From an uncultured Alphaproteobacteria bacterium (GTDB lineage Bacteria; Pseudomonadota; Alphaproteobacteria; HIMB59; GCA-002718135), in contig CACJAV010000001.1 in the NCBI GenBank assembly GCA_902591485.1, positions 142,945 to 206,944 on the forward strand: a DNA stretch of 64,000 nucleotides. Direction: 5' to 3'. The position numbers and the translations under genes were made by a program. The notes beneath the pieces are model-generated. The model was not told where the DNA came from. It saw only the letters and a list, made by a program, of their open reading frames with translations, and ran no database searches. This document shows positions 1 to 9,113 of the stretch, in pieces (the first letter of the stretch is position 1; each line of letters starts with the position of its first letter).

Positions 1-185
1 AATATGTGATAAAAATTTTCAAAAGTAGGTGTGAAAAACCATTTAGGAGGTGTTGCTAATGTATCACTTCTAGATCTAAAAGCTGTTAAAATAATAAAAA
101 GAACTGGAAAAAAATATATGAAAGCTACAATACTAGCTAATCCTGTCCAAAGCCAACCAGCTTGTCCTATTGCTTTTTTCTTCAT
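1..185 (-). CDS. Carbohydrate ABC transporter permease (MalG-like), 5' part only; runs off the window edge
   Basis: Translated by hand from ATG at 185: MKKKAIGQAGWLWTGLASIVAFIYFFPVLFIILTAFRSRSDTLATPPKWFFTPTFENF, a typical CUT1 second-permease N-terminus. ATGA overlap with the upstream permease stop. Confidence 0.85.
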   Translation of the reverse strand, partial: MKKKAIGQAGWLWTGLASIVAFIYFFPVLFIILTAFRSRSDTLATPPKWFFTPTFENFYHI

Positions 186-1090
186 ATATCTTCACTTTCT
201 CTTTGCTTAATTACATACAAATATAAACTTGTTAATACGATTACTGCAAAAAGTAAGATATAACCCATTGCAGCAGAATTACTGGTTCTAAAAAATTGGA
301 ACGCAGTTCGATAAACTAGAACACCAATAGTTTCAGTAGCTGTTCCAGGTCCTCCATTAGTTAGAATAAATACTAAATCAAAAATTTTAACTGTTTCAAT
401 TGTTCTAAATAAAACTGCAAGTAATAATAAGCTCCTAACATATGGAAACGTAATAGTGGTAAACTTTCTCCACCAACTCATCCTATCAATTTCTGCAGCC
501 TCATATAAGTGTTTAGGAACACTAACTAAACCTGCTAAAACTAGTAACATAACAAAAGGAGTCCATTGCCAAGCATCAGCAACAATCACACCAATGAGTG
601 CTCCAGCAGGAGTTGAAAGTAAAACATACATTTCACCAGTAATAAATGATTGTACAAATTGACTTAAAAGACCAAATTCTGGTTCATAAAATAATTTAAA
701 ATAAATTGCCACAGCAACATTACTTAGCATCATAGGTGCTAATACAAACATAAGAAGAATTTTTCTTAGCGGAAATTGTGAAGCAAATAAAAGTGCCAAG
801 AGAAATCCTAAAATCATTTGAAGGCCTACACTTCCAGCTACAATTATCGCTGTAGTTTGAAGAGACTCCCAAATATTATCTTTAGTTAAAACTTTTTCGT
901 AACTATAAAACCAACTAAACTTAGGAAGCTTTAAAGTATTTGCTCTGTATTTAAAAAAACTTAGGCCAAAAGACCACATTAGTGGAATAATATTTACAAG
1001 TAACAAAACTATAATTGCTGGTGCAATTAGTAAAGGGCCTCTGCGACTAGGATCCAAAAACCAAGAGAGAAAACCTTTATTATTATTCAT
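182..1090 (-). CDS. Carbohydrate ABC transporter permease (MalF/UgpA-like)
   Basis: Multiple TM segments, EAA loop LYEAAEIDRMS, WQWTPF and LTNGGPGTATE motifs. Confidence 0.93.
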   Translation of the reverse strand: MNNNKGFLSWFLDPSRRGPLLIAPAIIVLLLVNIIPLMWSFGLSFFKYRANTLKLPKFSWFYSYEKVLTKDNIWESLQTTAIIVAGSVGLQMILGFLLALLFASQFPLRKILLMFVLAPMMLSNVAVAIYFKLFYEPEFGLLSQFVQSFITGEMYVLLSTPAGALIGVIVADAWQWTPFVMLLVLAGLVSVPKHLYEAAEIDRMSWWRKFTTITFPYVRSLLLLAVLFRTIETVKIFDLVFILTNGGPGTATETIGVLVYRTAFQFFRTSNSAAMGYILLFAVIVLTSLYLYVIKQRESEDI

Positions 1091-1119
1091 AATTATTATT
1101 TCTTATAGAGTAATTTGAA

Positions 1120-1149
1120 AAAAAAGCCCAATTTTCATTGGGCTTTTTT
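1120..1149 (-). terminator. Stem-loop with A/T flanks between binding-protein and permease genes (terminator or mRNA-stabilising hairpin)
   Basis: AAAAAAGCCCAAT-TTTC-ATTGGGCTTTTTT inverted repeat just downstream of the SBP stop codon. Confidence 0.8.
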
Positions 1150-1160
1150 AATGTTAATTA

Positions 1161-2588
1161 TTATTGAATTCTATCAACTTCTTCCAACAATTCTTGTTGG
1201 AATTCAGCGATATTATCAAGAGTAGTTTGAGCATCTTGTTGACCAGTAATTGCTTTGTCAAACTCTTCTTGTTGTTGAGTTAATAATTCAAAGAATTCTG
1301 GAATATGCCAAACATCTTTTTGCCAGTCCATACTTGCAACATAAGCTGCATTCCATGGAGCTAAAGCATTGTATCCGTCAGAGTAAATAATACTCTTCAT
1401 ACAACTTTGACCACCTGCTTTAACAGCTGCAATTTGGGTATCAAAAGATAACCACCATTTAATAATTTTAAATGCTGCATCTATTTCCTCATCAGTCATC
1501 CAAGTTGTTAATACAAATGGTTGGCCTCCAAGATTGGCCCAACGAGATATTGTGCCATCATCCTGCATTGTGCCTGGTTGACGAGCATAGCCAGTTATAT
1601 CGTGAACTTTAGATAAATTTGGATCAACAACTGGTGCACCTAAACCAACCCAGTTAATCATTGAAGCAATTTTACCTTCTAGATATAAAGCTTGCATTTC
1701 AAAAATACCCATACCCCCTGTCTTATGAGAAGGATGCATAGTTGCAAGTAAGTCCAGGTATTTAGTTAGTGCTGCAACGTTAATATCTGAATTAACAACA
1801 CCAATAGCTTGTGCGTCAGGCTGTTGATCTTCTCTCCATATATCTCCTCCGTATTGCCAGAAGAAACCGTTTATTTGCATAGAAGAGAAGTCGTAAGCTT
1901 TACCAGCTTGATATGTTACACCAAACATGTCATCTTCAAGTGGTTTACCAGCTAACATTTCACCTTTTTTACGAGTTAAGAACTCATTGATATCAAAAAT
2001 ATCATCCCAAACTACAATCTCCCAGTCTGCATAAGTACAAGGAAGTTTTTTTCCATACTTAGCTCTGAAAGCTGCATTTTCATCAGGGTTACAGAAAATA
2101 TCAGTTCTGTAGAAGTTTACATAGTTATCAGGGAATTGAGGAAAGCCATAATAGTTTTCACTCTTATATGGATAAGTTGTGTAACCTTCTTTGTAACCTT
2201 GATGCATATCATCAAAAATAGCTTGAAGTTCAGGATCTGCATCAATGTATTTATTTAATTTTTGAAAGTAGCCACCTTCAATAAATGCACCTAGCCATTG
2301 ACTGTCTGATACAATCATTGAATATTTTTGCTCACCTGAAGTAAGTGAAGCTGCTACGTTTGTATAGAAGTTATCCCATGGAATAAAATCTAGTGTTAAC
2401 TTTATCTCAGTATCACCTGTCTGAGGAAAGTTAGAGTTAAAATACTCTTGCATGAAACGAGTTGGAGGCCAATCAGGCGCTGCCATAATTATTTCAACTG
2501 TTTTCGCATTAACAGTTTTCGAAACACCTACAGAAAAAACAATAGATGCTAAGAAAGCAAGAAGGAATTTTTTCGTTAAATTTAACAT
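1161..2588 (-). CDS. Sugar ABC transporter substrate-binding protein (CUT1 family)
   Basis: N-terminal signal peptide, 475 aa, DSQWLG and C-terminal AITGQQDAQTTLD pattern; AGGAG-like SD; upstream of two permeases. Confidence 0.9.
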   Translation of the reverse strand: MLNLTKKFLLAFLASIVFSVGVSKTVNAKTVEIIMAAPDWPPTRFMQEYFNSNFPQTGDTEIKLTLDFIPWDNFYTNVAASLTSGEQKYSMIVSDSQWLGAFIEGGYFQKLNKYIDADPELQAIFDDMHQGYKEGYTTYPYKSENYYGFPQFPDNYVNFYRTDIFCNPDENAAFRAKYGKKLPCTYADWEIVVWDDIFDINEFLTRKKGEMLAGKPLEDDMFGVTYQAGKAYDFSSMQINGFFWQYGGDIWREDQQPDAQAIGVVNSDINVAALTKYLDLLATMHPSHKTGGMGIFEMQALYLEGKIASMINWVGLGAPVVDPNLSKVHDITGYARQPGTMQDDGTISRWANLGGQPFVLTTWMTDEEIDAAFKIIKWWLSFDTQIAAVKAGGQSCMKSIIYSDGYNALAPWNAAYVASMDWQKDVWHIPEFFELLTQQQEEFDKAITGQQDAQTTLDNIAEFQQELLEEVDRIQ

Positions 2589-2807
2589 TTTACCTCCCGA
2601 TATTATATTCTTAAATATACTAAATCAGAATTTTATATTAAAAATATAAAGAATCTTTATATATATAAAAAAAAATGCTCTTATTTTTCAACAATATTTT
2701 TAAGTTTTTTTTAATGTTTTGATAAATAAAAATAAGAATTTTACTAAATTTCATATATGAAGAACATATTTACTAATAAATTATTGTTTATTATTAATTT
2801 CTAACCA

Positions 2808-3194
2808 ATGCTTGAAAATACAATAAAGAAATATTTAAAGAGAAAAATTAAACATTTTGATGACTCTCAAGATGAGCGAAATGAGACGATAAATTACTTT
2901 AGACGTTCTAGAATTCACTGGCTTTTTTTACTAAATATTCTTAAAGCACATTATGAAAAAGATATTATCACTAAAAGTGATTTGATACACAAAATACAAG
3001 TCTCACATATAACTATATTAAAATATATTAGAGAAACTATTAATCGGAAAATTATTTTAGAGGTAAGATCAAAAAAAGATAAGAGAAAAGTAGGTTTAAT
3101 TCCTTCAAAAGAATTAATTGATTCTTTTGAAAATTTTTTTTATGATGAAACAAGATCTTTAAAAGATCTTTTTGATGAAAGAATGGAAGATTAA
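2808..3194 (+). CDS. Winged-helix (MarR-like) transcriptional regulator
   Basis: HTH-like ITKSDLIHKIQVSHITILKYI plus MarR-type wing SKKDKRKVGL; divergent from the SBP gene. Confidence 0.6.
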   Translation: MLENTIKKYLKRKIKHFDDSQDERNETINYFRRSRIHWLFLLNILKAHYEKDIITKSDLIHKIQVSHITILKYIRETINRKIILEVRSKKDKRKVGLIPSKELIDSFENFFYDETRSLKDLFDERMED

Positions 3195-4271
3195 TTAATT
3201 AAAAGCACTAACACCTGTCTCATTAGAAAATAAATATGAATTATCAATATTAAAATTGACCTTAATATTTTGACCTGTTTCATATTTAATAGCATCTTCT
3301 TCTGGTAATATCATTTTTAACTTTGTGTCTTTAATAGTTAAATCTAAAATAGTTACATCTCCAAGCGGCTCTTTTAAAAAGATTTTAGCTTCATAATTAT
3401 CTGCGTTACTAGAAATATGAATGTCATTAGGTCTAATTCCAAACATAAGATCTGTTGAAATAAAGTCAGAATTTATTTTTTTATTTTTATTAGTTGATAC
3501 ATTTCCAAATGGTAATTCAATCTGATTATTAACAATTTTTGCATTAATTAAATTCATTTCAGGTGAACCAATCATTTTTCCAACATATAAATTTTTAGGA
3601 TTTAGATATAATTCATCTGGAGTACCTTTTTGTATTAATTTACCGTCTTTAATAATAGTAATATTATCTCCCATCGTTAATGCTTCCAGTTGATCGGGTG
3701 TTGCATAAACCATTGTCATATTCAAATCTCTTTGAAGTCTTTTTAGTTCAGCTCTTGTATCGTGACGAAGTTTTGCATCAAGATTAGCAAGAGGTTCATC
3801 TAAAAGCAATAATTTTGGTTGTTGTATCAAAGCTCTACCAATGGCTAATCTTTGTTGCTCACCACCAGATAAAGTATCTGGTTTTCGGTTTAGCGCATGA
3901 CTAATTCTTAACATTTCTGCTGTTTCAGAAATTCTCTTAGCTATTTCATTTTTATCAATTTTTTTCTTTATTAAAGGGTAAGCGAGGTTATCATGCGTTG
4001 TTAGATGAGGATAGAGAGCGAATGTTTGAAAAACCATTGCCATTTCCCTTCCTTGAATTGGTGCGTCTGTAAAATTATTTTGATTAAACCAAACTTCACC
4101 GTTTTCTGTTTTTTCTAAACCCGCAATGCATCGAAGAGTTGTAGTTTTGCCTGCAGCAGAAGATCCAAATAAAACAGCAAATTCATTTTTTTCTACAGAA
4201 AAATTTAATTGATCAACTGCAACTAAATCATCATATTTTTTTGTAATATTTTTTAATTCTAAATATGCCAT
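3195..4271 (-). CDS. Sugar ABC transporter ATP-binding protein (MalK-like, degenerate H-loop)
   Basis: Walker A GSSAAGKTT, LSGGEQQR signature, Walker B LLLDEP, C-terminal TOBE-like region; YATPDQ instead of YVTHDQ. Confidence 0.93.
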   Translation of the reverse strand: MAYLELKNITKKYDDLVAVDQLNFSVEKNEFAVLFGSSAAGKTTTLRCIAGLEKTENGEVWFNQNNFTDAPIQGREMAMVFQTFALYPHLTTHDNLAYPLIKKKIDKNEIAKRISETAEMLRISHALNRKPDTLSGGEQQRLAIGRALIQQPKLLLLDEPLANLDAKLRHDTRAELKRLQRDLNMTMVYATPDQLEALTMGDNITIIKDGKLIQKGTPDELYLNPKNLYVGKMIGSPEMNLINAKIVNNQIELPFGNVSTNKNKKINSDFISTDLMFGIRPNDIHISSNADNYEAKIFLKEPLGDVTILDLTIKDTKLKMILPEEDAIKYETGQNIKVNFNIDNSYLFSNETGVSAFN

Positions 4272-4273
4272 AA

Positions 4274-5023
4274 TTAATAAGTAGCTCGACCACCACTTAT
4301 ATCAAAGACACCACCAGTAGTAAAAGAGTTTTCTTCAGAAACCATCCATGAAACTAAGGAAGCTAATTCATCTACCTTTAAGAATCTATTTCTTGGAATT
4401 TTTGATAACATATAATTGATATGTTCTTCACTAATCTGATCAAATATCTTTGTTTTTGCTGCGGCTGGAGTAACACAATTAACAGCAATATTGTAGTCAG
4501 CTAATTCTTTACCAAGGGATTTTGTTAAAGCAATAACAGCAGCTTTTGCAGCACTATAAGCAGAAGCATTTGGGTTACCATCTTTACCAGCAATACTGGC
4601 AATATTTACAATACGTCCATAATTATTTTTTATCATATAAGGTGTTACTGACTTACAACAATTAAATGTGCCATTTAGATCAATATCTATTACCTTATTC
4701 CAATCATCTGAAGGGTACTCCCATGTTTTAAAAGAGGGCCCTGCTATACCTGCATTGTTAACAAAAATATCTATATTTTTATATTTTTCTATTATTGTTT
4801 TAATAGTTTCTTCAACTATCTCAGCTTTTGTAATATCAATTTCAAAAATATCAGCATAAGTAAATTCACCTTTACTTTTAGCTTCAGCAGTTGCTACTGG
4901 ATCTTTATCGATATTAATTACTTTGGCCCCTGAGTCTGTTAGTCTTTTTGCTATCGCATAACCAAAACCTTGTGAGGCACCAGTAACAACTGCTATTTTA
5001 TTTTTTAAATCGATGTTGTTCAT
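4274..5023 (-). CDS. SDR oxidoreductase resembling LRA5-type 2-keto-3-deoxy sugar-acid dehydrogenases
   Basis: TGASQGFG, NNAG, YSAAK; GKDGNPNASAYS...KSLGKELA and terminal SGGRATY resemble the LRA5 subfamily as I recall it. Confidence 0.8.
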   Translation of the reverse strand: MNNIDLKNKIAVVTGASQGFGYAIAKRLTDSGAKVINIDKDPVATAEAKSKGEFTYADIFEIDITKAEIVEETIKTIIEKYKNIDIFVNNAGIAGPSFKTWEYPSDDWNKVIDIDLNGTFNCCKSVTPYMIKNNYGRIVNIASIAGKDGNPNASAYSAAKAAVIALTKSLGKELADYNIAVNCVTPAAAKTKIFDQISEEHINYMLSKIPRNRFLKVDELASLVSWMVSEENSFTTGGVFDISGGRATY

Positions 5024-5040
5024 TTAATTAATTTTTGCAA

Positions 5041-5949
5041 TTAACCATATTTAGATACAAGACCATCAAGAGCGGATTTGCATTTCTCAGTAGCATCCCA
5101 CGCTTCTGGCCAAAAACAAAGATCGACTGTCCACCAATCGTGACCAATATTTTCCTTAGCAAGTACAGGAACTATTTGATCAAAATCCAATATGCCGTCA
5201 CCAAAAGGAGGGTGTGCACTTGTTTCATCATTTCCATCGGCATCCTTATGGCACGTGTTGTCAGAGTCAATTAGGTGAATATGATTTATTCTTCCACTAA
5301 ATTTACTTATTAATTCAAGTTGATCTTTTACAACTTCTTTTTCACCTTGTTGACGTGCACCAACAACGCCTAACATTTGCCCATGACATGTATCATACAT
5401 AAGTCCAAAGTTTTCATGTTGTAATTTATCTAAAACTTTAAGCACGTATGATGGCTTGTTAAAAGCAAAGCCAGGTTCGAACTCCCATGTTACATATATA
5501 CCTTTATCAGCGGCATAGTTAATACAAGTATCCCAAGTATTCGTTAATCTTGAAAACAGAGTATCATCGTCTACTTCATTATGAATAGTTGGAGGTTGAA
5601 CACAGTCAACCCTCACACCTTTGATGCCTAAATCTCCAGCAAAATCCACATTAGCCTTAAACTCTGAAATATACTTTGATTGATCATCAGTATTTAAAAG
5701 TTCTTCACTCCATAAATCTTGTGCAAAACCTGAAAAGGATAAACCCCAATTATCCATTTTTTCTTTGAGCGCATCACGTTGCTCTTTTTCTGGATGATTG
5801 TGAGGATTAGGGTAGCCATTAAAGCCGCCTAATTCCATTCCTTGAAAATTCAATTTTGCTAATGTAGATCCTACAGTATCAAAAGGAATTGGATTTTCTC
5901 CATAAGGGCCAACATTATAAGCCCAAGTCCCGATAGATGTTTTTTTCAT
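5041..5949 (-). CDS. Sugar phosphate isomerase/epimerase (xylose-isomerase-like TIM barrel)
   Basis: Metal-ligand pattern WEFEPG, YDTCH, HIHLID, and PFGDGILDF. Confidence 0.85.
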   Translation of the reverse strand: MKKTSIGTWAYNVGPYGENPIPFDTVGSTLAKLNFQGMELGGFNGYPNPHNHPEKEQRDALKEKMDNWGLSFSGFAQDLWSEELLNTDDQSKYISEFKANVDFAGDLGIKGVRVDCVQPPTIHNEVDDDTLFSRLTNTWDTCINYAADKGIYVTWEFEPGFAFNKPSYVLKVLDKLQHENFGLMYDTCHGQMLGVVGARQQGEKEVVKDQLELISKFSGRINHIHLIDSDNTCHKDADGNDETSAHPPFGDGILDFDQIVPVLAKENIGHDWWTVDLCFWPEAWDATEKCKSALDGLVSKYG

Positions 5950-5957
5950 TTCTCCCC

Positions 5958-7013
5958 CTATTCTATTCCTAAAATTTTTTTATTTGCTTCTTTATTGTCA
6001 CCACTTTTATCAATGAAATCATCAAAAGCTCCTTGAGATACAGTGATAATATGATTTTGAATAAACGGCGCACCTTCTCGTGCACCCTGTACTGAATCTT
6101 TAATTGCACATTCCCATTCGAGAACAGCCCAACCAGAAAAACCGTAATACGTAAGTTTAGAAAAAATACCTGAGAAATCTACTTGCCCATCTCCAAGAGA
6201 ACGGAAACGACCTGCCCTATCTCTCCAATCAAGATAACCTCCATAAACACCATTTCTGCCTGATGAGTTAAATTCAGCATCCTTTACATGAAACATTTTT
6301 ATACGATCGTGATACAAATCAATGTAATGTAAATAATCTAGTTGCTGGAGTACAAAATGACTTGGGTCATACAACAAATTACACCTTGGATGCTCATTAA
6401 CAGCACTCAAAAACATTTCCCAAGAAGCTCCATCATGAATGTCTTCACTTGCATGTGCTTCATAGCATAAGTCAACTCCATTATCTTCATAGACATCTAA
6501 TATTGGAGTCCATCTTTTTGATAACTCTTTAAAACCGTCCTCAACAAGTCCAGGTAATCTTGGTGGCCAGCTATAAATGTATGGCCAAAGTAAAGCGCCA
6601 GGAAAACTTACTGAAACATCAATACCTAAATTTCTCGATGCTTTGGCTGCCATTTTAACTTGATCAACAGCCCACTCTTGTCGTGATTTTGGATTGTTAT
6701 GAACTTCACTTGGTGCAAACTGATCAAATCCAATATCATATGCTGGATGAACTGCAACTAACTGACCTTGTAAGTGGGTTGATAATTCACTAATTTCAAT
6801 ATTATTATTTTTACAAACACCTTTTATTTCGTCACAATAATCTTTGCTCTCTGACGCTTTTTTAAGATCTATCATTCTTGAATCCCAAGTAGGGATCTGC
6901 ACACCTTTGTATCCTAAATCTGCAGCCCATTTTGTTATATTTTCAAGAGTATTAAAGGGCTCTTTATCCCCGGCAAATTGTGCTAAAAAAATAGCAGGAC
7001 CTTTGATTGTCAT
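5958..7013 (-). CDS. Sugar phosphate isomerase/epimerase (AP-endonuclease-2 TIM barrel)
   Basis: YEAH, YDPSH, FHVKDAE, FRSLGDGQVDF, VLEWEC motifs. Confidence 0.88.
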   Translation of the reverse strand: MTIKGPAIFLAQFAGDKEPFNTLENITKWAADLGYKGVQIPTWDSRMIDLKKASESKDYCDEIKGVCKNNNIEISELSTHLQGQLVAVHPAYDIGFDQFAPSEVHNNPKSRQEWAVDQVKMAAKASRNLGIDVSVSFPGALLWPYIYSWPPRLPGLVEDGFKELSKRWTPILDVYEDNGVDLCYEAHASEDIHDGASWEMFLSAVNEHPRCNLLYDPSHFVLQQLDYLHYIDLYHDRIKMFHVKDAEFNSSGRNGVYGGYLDWRDRAGRFRSLGDGQVDFSGIFSKLTYYGFSGWAVLEWECAIKDSVQGAREGAPFIQNHIITVSQGAFDDFIDKSGDNKEANKKILGIE

Positions 7014-7124
7014 TGACTCCTCCGAATAATTATTAGTAAAATCATACTGAGGTAAATTATAAAAGAAAGCAATTATATAAATAATGTTTATTCATTTTTG
7101 TATCCATTTTAATAAATTTTATCA

Positions 7125-8090
7125 ATGCAATTAAATAGAGAAGAATTACTAAAAGCATATGAGGGAATGTGCTTAATAAGAGAATTTGATGATGCTGTTC
7201 ATTATGAATTTGCAGCAGACGCAATGCCTGGATTTGTTCATCTTTATGTAGGTGAAGAAGCATCTGCTATGGGTATTTGTATGAACTTAAATGAAAAAGA
7301 CACTATAGCAAGTACACACAGAGGTCATGGTCATTGTATCGCAAAAGGATGTGATGTCAATGATATGATGAAAGAACTATATGGAAAAAAAGATGGCATT
7401 TGTGGTGGTAAAGGTGGATCAATGCATATTGCAGATTTATCAAAAGGAATGTTAGGAGCAAATGGAATAGTTGGTGGAGGTCCTCCAATTGTATTAGGTG
7501 CAGCTTTAACTTATAAAACAAAAAAAACAAATAATGTGTCTGTTGGTTTTTTTGGTGATGGCGCTTCTAATCAAGGATCAATTTCAGAGTCTATGAATAT
7601 GGCTAGTGTACTAAAGTTACCTGCAATTTTTGTATGTGAAGATAATGGCTACGCTGAATCAACTGCAAGAGAGTATGCAGTTGGTGGAAAAATTTTAGAT
7701 AGAGGAAAAGCCTTTGGCTTAGACTCTCATGAAGTTGATGGAGATAATTTTTTTGAAGTATATGAAGCGGCAAAACATGTGATCGATAATGCAAGAAACG
7801 GCAAAGGTCCTGCTTTGCTTCATATTAAAACTAGTAAAGTCTATGGTCACTTTGAGGGTGATGCTATCTCTTACAGAACTAAAGAAGAAAATGAGAGAAT
7901 CAAAAATGACGAAGATCCATTAAAAATTTTTAAAAAGAAAGTAATTGAGGCAGGTCTACTAGAATTAACTCAATTAGAAAATATTGAAAATGAATCTAAA
8001 GCAAAAATTAAAAAAGCTATACAAGAGTCAAAAGAGGCTGAGTTTCCAAATGCAAATGATTTATTAACGGATGTTTATATAAAATACTAA
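7125..8090 (+). CDS. acoA: TPP-dependent acetoin dehydrogenase-type E1 alpha subunit
   Basis: PGFVHLYVGEEA, STHRGHGH, GGSMH, TPP motif GDGASNQG...N, GHFEGD. Confidence 0.85.
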   Translation: MQLNREELLKAYEGMCLIREFDDAVHYEFAADAMPGFVHLYVGEEASAMGICMNLNEKDTIASTHRGHGHCIAKGCDVNDMMKELYGKKDGICGGKGGSMHIADLSKGMLGANGIVGGGPPIVLGAALTYKTKKTNNVSVGFFGDGASNQGSISESMNMASVLKLPAIFVCEDNGYAESTAREYAVGGKILDRGKAFGLDSHEVDGDNFFEVYEAAKHVIDNARNGKGPALLHIKTSKVYGHFEGDAISYRTKEENERIKNDEDPLKIFKKKVIEAGLLELTQLENIENESKAKIKKAIQESKEAEFPNANDLLTDVYIKY

Positions 8091-8105
8091 AAGATAGGAA
8101 AATCT

Positions 8106-9107
8106 ATGCCCATAAAAACATACAGAGAAGCTATTAATGAAGCGCTACTTCAAGAAATGAAAAAAGATGAAAATGTTGTTGTTATAGGAGAAGATGTTGC
8201 TGGAGGTGCTGGTACTAATGGAGAGCAAGATGCATGGGGTGGTGTGCTTGGTGTTACAAAAGGTTTACTTAAACATTTTGGTAGAGAAAGAATTATAGAT
8301 ACACCTATTACCGAAACTGCAATTATGGGAATGGCATCTGGTGCAGCTTTGACAGGACTTAGACCTGTTGCAGAATTGATGTTTGTTGATTTTATGGGAG
8401 TGTGTTTTGATCAAATCTTAAATCAGACAGCCAAATTTAGATATATGTTTGGTGGTAAAGCAGTTACTCCACTTACAATAAGAACAATGTATGGAGGTGG
8501 ATTAAGAGCTGCTAGTCAGCATAGTCAGTGCTTGTATCCAATGTTTACACATGTACCTGGCATTAAAGTTGTACTACCTTCAAATCCTTACGATGCAAAA
8601 GGTTTATTAATTCAATCAATTAGAGATAATGATCCTGTTATTTTTATGGAGCATAAAAATCTTTATGATACTTCTGGTGATGTGCCTGATGAGTCATATT
8701 CAATTCCTTTCGGTGAAGCTAACTTTACTAGAGAAGGTAAAGATTTAACCTTTATTGCTATGGGTCAAACTGTTGAAATATGCAATAATGTTGCTGACAC
8801 ACTTAAAAAAGAAGGTAAAACTTGTACTGTTCTTGATTTAAGAACTTTATCACCACTAGATGAAGATTCAATTTTAGAGGCAGCTGAAGAAACTGGAAAA
8901 ATAGTTATCGTAGATGAATCCTATCCAAGATGTAATGTTGCTACGGATATATCAGCATTGATTTGTCAAAAATCATTTGATTCACTTAAAGCTGGAATTA
9001 AAATGGTTACACCACCACACACACCTGTGCCCTTTTCACCTCCATTAGAAGATTTATATCTTCCTAGTGAGGAAAAAGTGCTTAATGTCGCTAAAGAAAT
9101 TCTCTAA
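8106..9107 (+). CDS. acoB: Acetoin dehydrogenase-type E1 beta subunit
   Basis: GEDVAGG...DAWGGVLGVTKGL, DTPITE, ELMFVDF, HSQ motifs. Confidence 0.87.
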   Translation: MPIKTYREAINEALLQEMKKDENVVVIGEDVAGGAGTNGEQDAWGGVLGVTKGLLKHFGRERIIDTPITETAIMGMASGAALTGLRPVAELMFVDFMGVCFDQILNQTAKFRYMFGGKAVTPLTIRTMYGGGLRAASQHSQCLYPMFTHVPGIKVVLPSNPYDAKGLLIQSIRDNDPVIFMEHKNLYDTSGDVPDESYSIPFGEANFTREGKDLTFIAMGQTVEICNNVADTLKKEGKTCTVLDLRTLSPLDEDSILEAAEETGKIVIVDESYPRCNVATDISALICQKSFDSLKAGIKMVTPPHTPVPFSPPLEDLYLPSEEKVLNVAKEIL

Positions 9108-9113
9108 ATTATT

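Noticed and set aside
2655-2761. AT-only palindromes (TTTATATATATAAA, TTCATATATGAA) in the SBP/regulator spacer
   Set aside because: Expected by chance at this AT content and not repeated at other island promoters.
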